In this document: piece by piece, positions 55,504 through 63,975 of the stretch
Numbering within the stretch: position 1 is the first letter of the stretch
How the letters are laid out: each line of letters begins with the position of its first letter
Assembly: GCA_022710775.1 (NCBI GenBank)
Contig: JAKLGH010000001.1
Coordinates: 201,746 to 265,745, forward strand
Direction of reading: 5' to 3'
DNA from: Patescibacteria group bacterium
GTDB lineage: Bacteria; Patescibacteriota; Minisyncoccia; Minisyncoccales; UBA5738
Length of the DNA: 64,000 nt
The notes under the pieces: generated by a model
What the model was told of the DNA's origin: nothing
The model's database searches: none
What the model saw: only the letters and a program-made list of their open reading frames with translations
Made by a program: the position numbers and the translations under genes

Positions 55504-56967
55504 ATGGCCATTCCGATAACAAAAAGACAAAAAGAAGTCCTAGATTTCATAAAGAAGTTTATAAAGAAGAAAAAATACCCTCCAACACTGGAGGAAATAT
55601 GTGTCGGGCTTAAACTCTCGGCCGTTTCCACTGTTCACCAGCATATAGAAGCGCTGGCCGAAAAAGGCTATTTAAAAAAAGTTGGAAATAACGCCAGAGC
55701 GATTGATATTAATGAACCAGAGGCAATGGTTAGGGTCCCACTCCTCGGAACAATCGCGGCCGGAGAACCTATAGAAGCGGTCCAACAAAAAGAATTTATT
55801 GCTGTGCCTAAAACAAAATTACCTGTAAACGGTGAAATTTATGCTCTTCGTGTTATTGGAAACAGCATGATAGACGAAAATATTAATGAGGGAGATGTCG
55901 TTCTGATAAAACATCAAAGCACTGCTGATAACGGCCAAAAGATTGTGGCTTTAATTGATAATCACGAAGCGACTTTAAAGAAATTCTATAAGAGCCGTGG
56001 ACTTGTTCGACTTGAGCCGGCAAATAAAAACTACAAACCAATTATCATCCAAAAAGATCAGGAGCTCTCAATACAGGGTATTGTTTTGGATGTTATAAAA
56101 AGCGGTGGGGAGATAAAAGAAAATCCAACACTATTTAATGACGAAATAGAAAAGGACGATAATTTACCAATAAACAAAATTATTTGCGGCGACGCATTGC
56201 ACCACTTGCAAAAACTGCCAGATCAATCAATCGACTTGATAATAGCTGACCCTCCCTACAACCTATCAAAAGGAAATCATATCCATTTTAATAACAACGG
56301 CTTAAAAGGCTTCGGCGGTGAGTGGAATAAGGTGATGGAAAATTGGGACAATCTTCCCTTGGTTGATTATTTCAAATTTACTGCTAAGTGGCTAAAAGAA
56401 GTTAAAAGAATCTTAAAACCTACAGGTTCAATATGGGTTTTTGGAACTTATCACAATACTGGAATTATTAATTTGATATTCCAGACGCTTGGGATTGAAA
56501 TAATTAACGAAGTGGTTTGGTACAAGCGCAATGCCTTCCCAAATCTTGCCGGCCGGCGTTTTACTGCGAGCCATGAAACCCTGCTATGGGGACACGCCGG
56601 GGAGAAAAGAAAATATTATTTCGACTATAAGCAATCGAAAGAATTCCATGATCCGTCCGACCTATTAAAATCTCAGGGCAAGCAGATGAGAACGGTTTGG
56701 GATATCCCGAACAATAAAGAATCGAGGGAGATAGAATTCGGCAAACATCCAACCCAAAAACCTCTGAGCGTTTGTAAAAGAATTATTTCCTTATGTTCAA
56801 AGCCAGATGATATTGTCTTGTCTCCTTTTGCTGGAGCTGGGAGCGAATGTTTAGCCGCAAAAGAATTGGGGAGAAAATATATTGGCATAGAGCTCGATGA
56901 AAAATACGTGGATATTGCAAACAAAAGACTGAAATACTCCAAAAATCAACAACCTTTATTTAACTAG
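55504..56967 (+). CDS. LexA-like repressor (wHTH + S24 peptidase) fused to a beta-class N4/N6 DNA methyltransferase
   Basis: Residues 1-205 form a complete LexA: PPTLEEI...STVHQHIEAL, cleavage site IAAGEPI, Ser in GNSM, Lys in ATLKKF. Residues 215-487 carry IIADPPYN (motif IV), then SPFAGAGSE (motif I). Confidence 0.8.
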   Translation: MAIPITKRQKEVLDFIKKFIKKKKYPPTLEEICVGLKLSAVSTVHQHIEALAEKGYLKKVGNNARAIDINEPEAMVRVPLLGTIAAGEPIEAVQQKEFIAVPKTKLPVNGEIYALRVIGNSMIDENINEGDVVLIKHQSTADNGQKIVALIDNHEATLKKFYKSRGLVRLEPANKNYKPIIIQKDQELSIQGIVLDVIKSGGEIKENPTLFNDEIEKDDNLPINKIICGDALHHLQKLPDQSIDLIIADPPYNLSKGNHIHFNNNGLKGFGGEWNKVMENWDNLPLVDYFKFTAKWLKEVKRILKPTGSIWVFGTYHNTGIINLIFQTLGIEIINEVVWYKRNAFPNLAGRRFTASHETLLWGHAGEKRKYYFDYKQSKEFHDPSDLLKSQGKQMRTVWDIPNNKESREIEFGKHPTQKPLSVCKRIISLCSKPDDIVLSPFAGAGSECLAAKELGRKYIGIELDEKYVDIANKRLKYSKNQQPLFN

Positions 56968-56969
56968 AT

Positions 56970-57776
56970 ATGAATCGTTTATTACCTTTTATAAAATGGA
57001 GTGGCAGTAAAGGATCGCAAGCAAAAGCGATATCCGCTTATTTGCCCGACAACTTTAATACGTACTATGAGCCGTTCTTGGGAAGCGGTGCAGTTTTAGG
57101 GTGGCTAAGACCTGAGAATGCAGTATGCGCTGATATAAATAAGGCATTGATCGATCTTTGGCGGCTTATCCAAAAAGACCCGAATAAAGTTATAAACGAA
57201 TATAAAAATAACTGGGAGAAGCTTCAAAAAAGCTACAAATTTTTTTACAAAATCCGCGACAAATTTAATAAAGAAAAATCTCCTCATCACTTATTATTTT
57301 TATCTAGAACCTGCGTTAATGGATTGATAAGATACAACAAACAGGGTGAGTTTAATAATTCGTTACACTATACCAGAAAAGGAATTCACCCGGATCGTTT
57401 GAAAAAAATTATATTCGATTGGTCCGATAGGATACAAAATTGTAATTTTATGGCTCAAGACTATAGGCGGGCGACAAAAAAAGCACGAAAGGGAGATTTC
57501 GTGTATCTGGACCCGCCCTATTTCAATACAAAAGGACGCTATTTTGGTACGATTAATTTTGCCGAGTTCGTGGAATATTTAAGTGATCTCAATAAACGCG
57601 GTATAAAATACGCGCTTTCTTACGACGGACTACGCGCAGAGAATAGCTACATCGTAGAAATTCCAAAAGAATTATACAAAAGACATCTGCTTCTACCTTC
57701 CGGAAACTCAACATTTAAAAAAGTTCAAGATAAAAAGGTAGAAAAAGTCTTCGAATCTTTATATTTAAATTACTAG
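56970..57776 (+). CDS. Dam-family (alpha-class) N6-adenine DNA methyltransferase
   Basis: FIKWSGSK, YYEPFLGSGAV (motif I), VYLDPPY (motif IV); 2-nt gap after the fusion gene. Confidence 0.85.
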   Translation: MNRLLPFIKWSGSKGSQAKAISAYLPDNFNTYYEPFLGSGAVLGWLRPENAVCADINKALIDLWRLIQKDPNKVINEYKNNWEKLQKSYKFFYKIRDKFNKEKSPHHLLFLSRTCVNGLIRYNKQGEFNNSLHYTRKGIHPDRLKKIIFDWSDRIQNCNFMAQDYRRATKKARKGDFVYLDPPYFNTKGRYFGTINFAEFVEYLSDLNKRGIKYALSYDGLRAENSYIVEIPKELYKRHLLLPSGNSTFKKVQDKKVEKVFESLYLNY

Positions 57777-59773
57777 GATTCAATTTTTACCTCTAATATT
57801 TTGGGGTATTTTGTAGCTAACTTTTTGATAACTTGTCCGAAGTGTTTTGCTTGCTCCGTATGCATTACATGGATAATGGTTTTATAGCTGCCGCTTACAA
57901 ATTCAACGCCAATCGCAACATCAGCTTTACATTTTTTTAAAGCCAGTTTTAGCTCTTCTACTTTTTGGAATCGAAACGCAACCGCTGACAAAATCTTCAG
58001 GTCTCTATCGCGGTTTTCGTTTTTATAAGACTGCCATTGCTGGCCATTACTTCTTATCGATATTGGATTACTTGATAAGAGCTGATGAACATACTTAACC
58101 AATCTAATGCCCACCTTATCTTCTAACCGCGCCTGAACGTCTTTTGACTCGATTGGGACTAAATATGCTCCGGAGCTAATCTGTACGAGATGATCTGGTC
58201 TTTTTGAATCAGCTCCAGAAACTCTCGGCAATGAGGTCCAGCGAAATTCAATCTTGTTTTGAAAATCAATTATATTTATTCCGCTCCAATCGCCGCCAGG
58301 AGGATTACAAAGCGATTCGTAAATCCCTTCTGAAATCGCGTTGGAAAACAGCAGGTGCAAAACTGAATCAACATCGTGCTCACCAAAGGTAGGACTAACC
58401 GCAGCGGCCGCTAATGGAATCTTTTTAATTTTCTCCTCCGGTTTATTTGTAACAAATCCAACGTTTTTTATCTTTTTCGAGGTAATACTATCAATGATAA
58501 TTCCATCGCTTAAATTAACAATTGCCTCCCATAAACCATTTATTGAAGCTAGTCTGTGCATGTCTTTAGCTAATTGAGCCCAAACGGTAGGATGGGCCGG
58601 ACCATAAACCACTGAGAGTAGATCGGCGTGATCCATTCCAAAAATCATGCGCGCTAAAGGAACTAAACCTCTATCGGGCCGAGAGTCATCGCCCCTAGGC
58701 TTGAAGCCGGCAATCCAGACACATAATAAATGCTTGTCTGATTTTGACAGCCATTCTAAAAACTCTTCACTGACTCTATTCTTGTATAACTTTTTAATGT
58801 CGGCGGCTAAAGCGACCCGTTTATTTTTGGGAATAAGACAAATAGGAATCTCCTTTGATCCGATAGCTACCGCTTTATTTTTATTAGCTAATTTTAATAA
58901 TCCTAAAAATGTTCTCGTGAGAGATTTAATTCCCAACTTTTTATTCCACGGAAATTTACGTTCTACGAGCCAATCGGCTTTTTGCGTACCAGTATTTTTT
59001 GAATAAAGTTCTTTCCACTCTGCGGCACTTAATGTGTCTTTTTTCTTCCTGTTGTCTGACAAAGTGCCAATTAAATTTAAAAGTTTTGCTTCAAGTGCTT
59101 TCTGTGAATTACTGGTACTGCTTTCTAAAATTATCGACTTAACCAGTTCGGATGCCTCTTTAAATCCAAAACTCTTAATAAATTCGGCTGGGATGCTTCC
59201 GCTTAACGAGGGACTCGGAATATAGACCGGCATCGAGATGGTGCCGCTTTCGGGGCCGAGCGTTGAATAAGCAAATGGTACTAAGGGATTTGGAAACCTG
59301 GCCGCTTTTAATGATCTATCTGATCCAAGTTCATATCCTCCCAATTCTGTAAAATACAGATAAGGAATTCCCGCGTAAGCCAATGCCAGAGCCCGGCCTG
59401 TTCTTTGCCAGGCATTATTACCAGCCGGCAAAGCTCCGCTGAATTCTAATGACAGGATCGGTATCTCTATATTTTTATCTTCTTCAAATTTCGTGATAAT
59501 CGCATCGGTGGCCTCTCTTACTGGTGCGCCACGAGCTGCCAAATAATCGGTAATCGAAAAACTCCACCTGCCATAACCGGGAAATAACTGTATTAAAAAA
59601 TCTCTTGAGCTGGACTCAAGTTTGTAAATAGGAGCGTAAGCAGGGCCATCTTCAACTATTTTGCAATCTTTGTATTCTCCGTTAAGAGATACTGCTAAAA
59701 GCTTAAGCGCATTTTCACACTCCAAAATATTGTCTCCATGTATTCGGAGTTTAAATACAGGCTTGTTTGCCAT
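57773..59773 (-). CDS. putative restriction endonuclease (C-terminal PD-ExK)
   Basis: 666 aa, convergent, overlaps the Dam gene stop by 4 nt. KRPDHLVQISSGAYLVPIESKD fits PD-x14-ExK. Confidence 0.6.
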   Translation of the reverse strand: MANKPVFKLRIHGDNILECENALKLLAVSLNGEYKDCKIVEDGPAYAPIYKLESSSRDFLIQLFPGYGRWSFSITDYLAARGAPVREATDAIITKFEEDKNIEIPILSLEFSGALPAGNNAWQRTGRALALAYAGIPYLYFTELGGYELGSDRSLKAARFPNPLVPFAYSTLGPESGTISMPVYIPSPSLSGSIPAEFIKSFGFKEASELVKSIILESSTSNSQKALEAKLLNLIGTLSDNRKKKDTLSAAEWKELYSKNTGTQKADWLVERKFPWNKKLGIKSLTRTFLGLLKLANKNKAVAIGSKEIPICLIPKNKRVALAADIKKLYKNRVSEEFLEWLSKSDKHLLCVWIAGFKPRGDDSRPDRGLVPLARMIFGMDHADLLSVVYGPAHPTVWAQLAKDMHRLASINGLWEAIVNLSDGIIIDSITSKKIKNVGFVTNKPEEKIKKIPLAAAAVSPTFGEHDVDSVLHLLFSNAISEGIYESLCNPPGGDWSGINIIDFQNKIEFRWTSLPRVSGADSKRPDHLVQISSGAYLVPIESKDVQARLEDKVGIRLVKYVHQLLSSNPISIRSNGQQWQSYKNENRDRDLKILSAVAFRFQKVEELKLALKKCKADVAIGVEFVSGSYKTIIHVMHTEQAKHFGQVIKKLATKYPKILEVKIES

Positions 59774-59890
59774 AAAAATAAAGTAGCTTTTCTACTTAAA
59801 GGGTATCACGAAATAAGATTTTTTTCTACCGCTGATTTCCGTCAACTTCTTGTCAGCTTTTGTCAGAAAAGTTTTCCACAGACGGACCTG

Positions 59891-59920
59891 TTGACGGTCC
59901 GTGTTCCGGCCCGCTATTAT
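59891..59920 (+). promoter_or_regulatory. promoter of the small RNA/leader
   Basis: TTGACG 59891-59896, 18-nt spacer, TATTAT 59915-59920. Confidence 0.45.
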
Positions 59921-59926
59921 AAAAGC

Positions 59927-60058
59927 ATAAGAGATATGAGTTTGCCTGACGGCGTTCCGATTAATCGGAACTAAGCGAGACGGGGCTACGACTTCTGTTA
60001 TCAAGCAGCGATTGCTATTTTTGCTTGATGACTGGAAGTGGTAGCCCTTTTTGTTTTT
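59927..60058 (+). ncRNA. ~130-nt small RNA or terminator-type leader (candidate)
   Basis: Hairpin GUUCCGAUUAAUCGGAAC, then a long stem GGGCUAC(59983-59989)...AUCAAGCA/UGCUUGAU...GUAGCCC(60041-60047) followed by UUUUUGUUUUU. Confidence 0.4.
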
Positions 60059-60162
60059 AAGTCAAAAGTAATTTTCCCTCTGAGGCTAAGGTGCCTCGAT
60101 GTGATCCGAAAAAGTATTTGAATTGATAGATAAAGGCTAGTCCCCGGTGGGGCCAGCCTTTT

Positions 60163-60363
60163 ATGTTGCCCCCAGAAGCTACACAAGAATTCAAAGAATT
60201 ATATGAAAAACGCTACGGCGTAAAACTCTCCGACGAGGAGGCGTCTTTGCGCGCCAACAATCTTTTTAAACTCTACAAAATCACCTACATGGGTGAGCCG
60301 TCAATAGACGACTTCAAAGATAAAGTAGTGAAAAGTCATGACTTACAACCAAACCACAATTAG
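60163..60363 (+). CDS. hypothetical small protein
   Basis: ORF in track, preceded by hairpin GGCTAGTCCCCGGTGGGGCCAGCC. Confidence 0.4.
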   Translation: MLPPEATQEFKELYEKRYGVKLSDEEASLRANNLFKLYKITYMGEPSIDDFKDKVVKSHDLQPNHN

Positions 60364-60649
60364 CGAAATCCAATTTTATCCGGTCAAACCCAAGGACGGC
60401 CTCCTCGGGTTCGTTTCGTTTGTCCTGGACAATAAGTTTTGGATGGGATCGGTAGCCGTGTTCAGCCGGCCGGACGGCCGATACCGCCTGGTTTATCCTA
60501 CGCGCAAAGTGGGAGGCCAGAACATCAATATTTTTCATCCCATAACTCAAAAAGCTGGCCAGGAGGTCGAAACAGCCGTCAGTGAAAAAGTAGCTGAATT
60601 ACTTAGTGAAAATTATGAACCAGACGAATCAACCCAAACCACGTGGTAA
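60338..60649 (+). CDS. spoVG: SpoVG-family protein
   Basis: ISEIQFYPVKPKDGLLGFVSFVLDNKFWMGSVAVFSRPDG..RLVYPTRKVGGQNINIFHPIT aligns with SpoVG (VTDVRL..DGRMRAIASITLD..F.V.DIRVI...G.FVAMPS.....F.DIAHPI). Confidence 0.7.
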   Translation: MTYNQTTISEIQFYPVKPKDGLLGFVSFVLDNKFWMGSVAVFSRPDGRYRLVYPTRKVGGQNINIFHPITQKAGQEVETAVSEKVAELLSENYEPDESTQTTW

Positions 60650-61049
60650 AAGCTTAAATTTCTTTCCTGCACCACACATCATCTACGACGATGAAAAAAT
60701 ACGTCGCGCTTTGACTCATGCCGAACGCGATTTTTTAATGGCCTTAAGCCATCTCACTAATCGCTATGGCGATGCCGACGGCTGGTTCTGGCATATCGAT
60801 AATATCTTCATCGGTCGCGATGACAAAGAGAAAGGGTTTGCTTCTCTGGGCTTCGGCCGGTCAACCTGCCGGCGCGTCAGGAAAAAACTACTCGATCTCG
60901 GGCTGATAGAAATGAAGCCGGGAACATTAGAACGCGGCCGCTGGGCCGGCACGATGTATCGCCTTAATCCGCGATTGCTAAAAACGACGGGGGTTCAAAA
61001 TGGAGCACGGTCAGGCACCATAGAGAACCCCGGCCCGGGTCCACCATGA
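60606..61049 (+). CDS. winged-helix DNA-binding protein, replication-initiator-like (tentative)
   Basis: LTHAERDFLMALSHL ... RSTCRRVRKKLLDLGLIEMKPG wHTH-like. Sits next to the iteron-like repeats. Confidence 0.4.
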   Translation: MKIMNQTNQPKPRGKSLNFFPAPHIIYDDEKIRRALTHAERDFLMALSHLTNRYGDADGWFWHIDNIFIGRDDKEKGFASLGFGRSTCRRVRKKLLDLGLIEMKPGTLERGRWAGTMYRLNPRLLKTTGVQNGARSGTIENPGPGPP

Positions 61050-61136
61050 AGCACTTAGTAATAAAGATTGAGTAAGAAATAATAATTAATAAAAAAGCTT
61101 AAATAAAGCAAGCAAGCTTGCTGAAAATTAAAAAAT

Positions 61137-61332
61137 AGGGGTTGGGCAAAGCTTGGGTGAAACTGGGGCAGATTTCAGGGACTAAAGGCGACTGAAAGGC
61201 GACCAAAATTCAGTAGTTAGGGGTTGGATAAAACTTGGACAAAACTTGGATGGATTTTGCCGAAAATCTGTTTAAACCAGAGAAAAATAGACAAAAACAG
61301 ATTGGGGCAAAACTGGGGTGAAACTGGGGCAG
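61137..61332. repeat. iteron-like direct repeats (AAACTGGGG / AAACTTGG units in three clusters)
   Basis: Clusters at 61137-61171, 61220-61253 and 61303-61332. The identical 17-mer GGGTGAAACTGGGGCAG occurs at 61155-61171 and 61316-61332. AAGGCGAC x2 at about 61185-61203. Confidence 0.7.
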
Positions 61333-61457
61333 CTTTTGACCCCTCCCATCTCCCTAAAAAACCGAAAAAACGGTAAAATAGAAATATACGTTTGACTTCC
61401 TTCGGCCTTAGGACCATGTTGTGTGTAGAAAGGCCGAAAACAAAATTAAAATAATTA

Positions 61458-62330
61458 ATGAACAAAACTATGACTAAAAACGCCAAAATTTACGCCGTAA
61501 TCGCCGTTGTAGCGGTTCTTGGGGCCGGTTACGGAGTTTATCACCTCTTAAGCAGCAATGCACCGCGTGGGGCCGAAACAACAGATCTGGCCTCCATTAC
61601 GAACTTCGACCAGTGCGTCGAAGCGGGATTCGCAATTATGAAATCCAATCCCGAACAATGCATGACTTCCGACGGCCGGATTTTCGTCAACGAAAAACCG
61701 CCGGCTCAAAGCGAACTGGATAAAGCCGAGCAAGCCATCAGAACGTTCATGGGGGAACCGAACTTGGAATTGAAATATACCGGCCAGAATAATCATCCCT
61801 CTAACTTCGCGATCCTAAGCAACGTCAAACAAAACGACGGTGGGTTTACGGCCGACAATCCTAAAGAATGGGATCGGCCGGTTTACATCTTCCAGCAGAC
61901 GGATTATATCAACGACCGCTGCGAAGTTTATCAATACCAGGTAACGCAAAAAACGAATCAGGTCGTGGAAATCGGAATCGTCTACCCGATCGAACGCAGC
62001 GCCACCGTACCGGGAAATTGTCCTGGCAACGGCTCGCTGGACTGGCCTTTAATGAGCAAAGACGAAATCGAACAGGCCGCGTTCGCGTATCTCGGCCATG
62101 ATCCAGAACATACCAAATTCATGATAAGGTCGGACATTCAGCTACAATATATCCCAAGTAAACCTGGAGCAGAAAATCCGGCGGCCAACGAATGGCGCTG
62201 GGAGGATAAAAGCTACAAACTTCCGGAGGGGCTCATGGGCGATCCCTGGCCTTATCCGACCATGAGAATAATAATGTCGGCCGGTGGCAAACTGGTTTAC
62301 TACCTAAACACCACCGAACTCTTTGACTAA
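61458..62330 (+). CDS. membrane-anchored/secreted hypothetical protein
   Basis: N-terminal TM AKIYAVIAVVAVLGAGYGVYHLL. Confidence 0.6.
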   Translation: MNKTMTKNAKIYAVIAVVAVLGAGYGVYHLLSSNAPRGAETTDLASITNFDQCVEAGFAIMKSNPEQCMTSDGRIFVNEKPPAQSELDKAEQAIRTFMGEPNLELKYTGQNNHPSNFAILSNVKQNDGGFTADNPKEWDRPVYIFQQTDYINDRCEVYQYQVTQKTNQVVEIGIVYPIERSATVPGNCPGNGSLDWPLMSKDEIEQAAFAYLGHDPEHTKFMIRSDIQLQYIPSKPGAENPAANEWRWEDKSYKLPEGLMGDPWPYPTMRIIMSAGGKLVYYLNTTELFD

Positions 62331-63915
62331 TATGAACCAGGAAGTACAACCCAGACTCAAGTACTTCCTCTACGCTCGAAAATCTTCGGAACAGGAAGAC
62401 AGACAGGTCCTTTCAATCGATTCGCAAAAGAGCGAGCTGGAAGCGCTTGCAAAAAGAGAAAAGCTCCTCATCGTGGAGCGCCTGGAAGAATCATATTCGG
62501 CCAAAGCGCCGGGACGCGAAATTTTCAACGCGATGATCAAACGGATAGAGAAAGGCGAAGCCGAGGGCATCATCGCCTGGCACCCAAACCGCCTTTCCCG
62601 AAATTCCGTGGACACCGGCTACCTGGTTTATCTCATGGACCAGAACCGGCTTTTGGAAATCCACACGCCCGGCCAGACATTCAAAAGCACTCCCAATGAT
62701 AAATTTTTACTTAACCTACTTTGCAGTCAGGCCAAGCTGGAAAACGACAACAAAGGCATAGACGTTAAACGCGGACTAAGGCGTAAGGTAGAAATGGGAT
62801 GGCATCCCGGACCGGCGCCCGTAGGCTACAAAAATACGCCGGACAAAGAAAAAGGATTCCGCACCATTCGCAAAGACCCGCGCATGTTTCCGATTATCCG
62901 GAAAATGTTCGACATGCTTTTAAGCGGCGACTTTACCGCTCCGCGGGTGCATGAAATCGCGGTGCAAAAATGGGGACTGAAAAATTTGGCGCGTAGCGGC
63001 TACTACCGCCTGCTTTATAATCCCTTTTATTACGGCTGGTTCGAATGGCCCAGAGGCTCGGGCAACTGGCATAAAGGCAAGCACGAACCGATGATCACGC
63101 GCGACGAATACGACAGGGTTCAAAAAATGCTTGGCCACGGCAGTAAACCCAAACCGGAAACGCACACCTTCGCTTATACCGGCATGATCCGCTGTGGCGA
63201 GTGCGGCTGTATGGTAACGGCCGAAAACAAGATCAAGAAAAACAAAAACGGCAACGTCCATCACTACACGTATTATCACTGCACCAAACGCAAAGGCCCG
63301 TGCAGCCAGAAGTGCATCGAAGTTAACGAACTGGAAAAGCAAATCAAAAAGACGCTGGCCAGAGTCAGACCGCCGGAAGAATTCCACGGCTGGGCCATGA
63401 AGTGGCTGAGAAACGAAAACGAACGCGAGGCCGGCGACAGAAACGCCATACTTTCCAATCAACAGAAAAATTACGAGGCCTGCGTGAGAAAACTGGACGC
63501 TTTGATCGACATGAGAGCGTCGGGAGAAATCAGCGAAGAAGAATTCAAGAAAAAGAAATCGGAAATCGGCCAGGAAAAAATCAGACTGCACGAATTATTG
63601 AACGACACGGACAACCGCGTGGACAGCTGGCTGCAGACGGCCGACAACGTCTTGACCTTCGCCGGCGACGCCAATGAAGCGTTCACCGAAAGGGGTCAAC
63701 ACGCCCGAAAAGTGATTCTCTCCGCCTTAGGTTCGAACCTCATCTTAAAAGACAAAAACATAAGAATTGACACGGATTCCGCGCTTCTACCGATGATTCT
63801 TGTCTCATCCGGGTCAAATCGAAAAAACGGACGGTTAGAACCCGCCGAAACAGGCTCTAATAAAGAGAAAAGCCGAGCTTTTAACTCGGCAAATCCCATG
63901 TGGCTCCGGTGGTAG
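62323..63915 (+). CDS. large serine recombinase (integrase)
   Basis: Resolvase catalytic domain YARKSSEQEDRQVLSIDSQ ... GIIAWHPNRLSRN, recombinase domain, zinc ribbon CGECGC...YYHCTKRKGPC, coiled-coil tail. The last 14 nt lie inside the att repeat/tRNA. Confidence 0.9.
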   Translation: MTNMNQEVQPRLKYFLYARKSSEQEDRQVLSIDSQKSELEALAKREKLLIVERLEESYSAKAPGREIFNAMIKRIEKGEAEGIIAWHPNRLSRNSVDTGYLVYLMDQNRLLEIHTPGQTFKSTPNDKFLLNLLCSQAKLENDNKGIDVKRGLRRKVEMGWHPGPAPVGYKNTPDKEKGFRTIRKDPRMFPIIRKMFDMLLSGDFTAPRVHEIAVQKWGLKNLARSGYYRLLYNPFYYGWFEWPRGSGNWHKGKHEPMITRDEYDRVQKMLGHGSKPKPETHTFAYTGMIRCGECGCMVTAENKIKKNKNGNVHHYTYYHCTKRKGPCSQKCIEVNELEKQIKKTLARVRPPEEFHGWAMKWLRNENEREAGDRNAILSNQQKNYEACVRKLDALIDMRASGEISEEEFKKKKSEIGQEKIRLHELLNDTDNRVDSWLQTADNVLTFAGDANEAFTERGQHARKVILSALGSNLILKDKNIRIDTDSALLPMILVSSGSNRKNGRLEPAETGSNKEKSRAFNSANPMWLRW

Positions 63916-63975
63916 GATTCGAACCTACAACCTTCTCGTTAACAGCGAGCCGCGCTACCGTTGCGCCACACCGGA
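63901..63975 (-). tRNA. tRNA-Asn (anticodon GTT), CCA encoded
   Basis: Folded by hand. Acceptor TCCGGTG/CACCGGA, D stem GCGC/GCGC, anticodon stem CTCG/CGAG with loop CTGTTAA, T arm GTAGG-TTCGAAT-CCTAC, discriminator G, CCA. Confidence 0.9.
63902..63919. repeat. att-type direct repeat, tRNA-proximal junction
   Basis: GGCTCCGGTGGTAGGATT is identical to 49396-49413. Confidence 0.8.

Larger units (their letters stand above)
49396..63919. mobile_element. 14.5-kb integrative element in tRNA-Asn (serine-recombinase type)
   Basis: 18-bp direct repeats at both ends. Recombinase gene abuts the tRNA-proximal junction. Displaced tRNA 3' fragment plus its terminator sit at the distal junction. Cargo is R-M genes and orphan genes. 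Confidence 0.75.
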
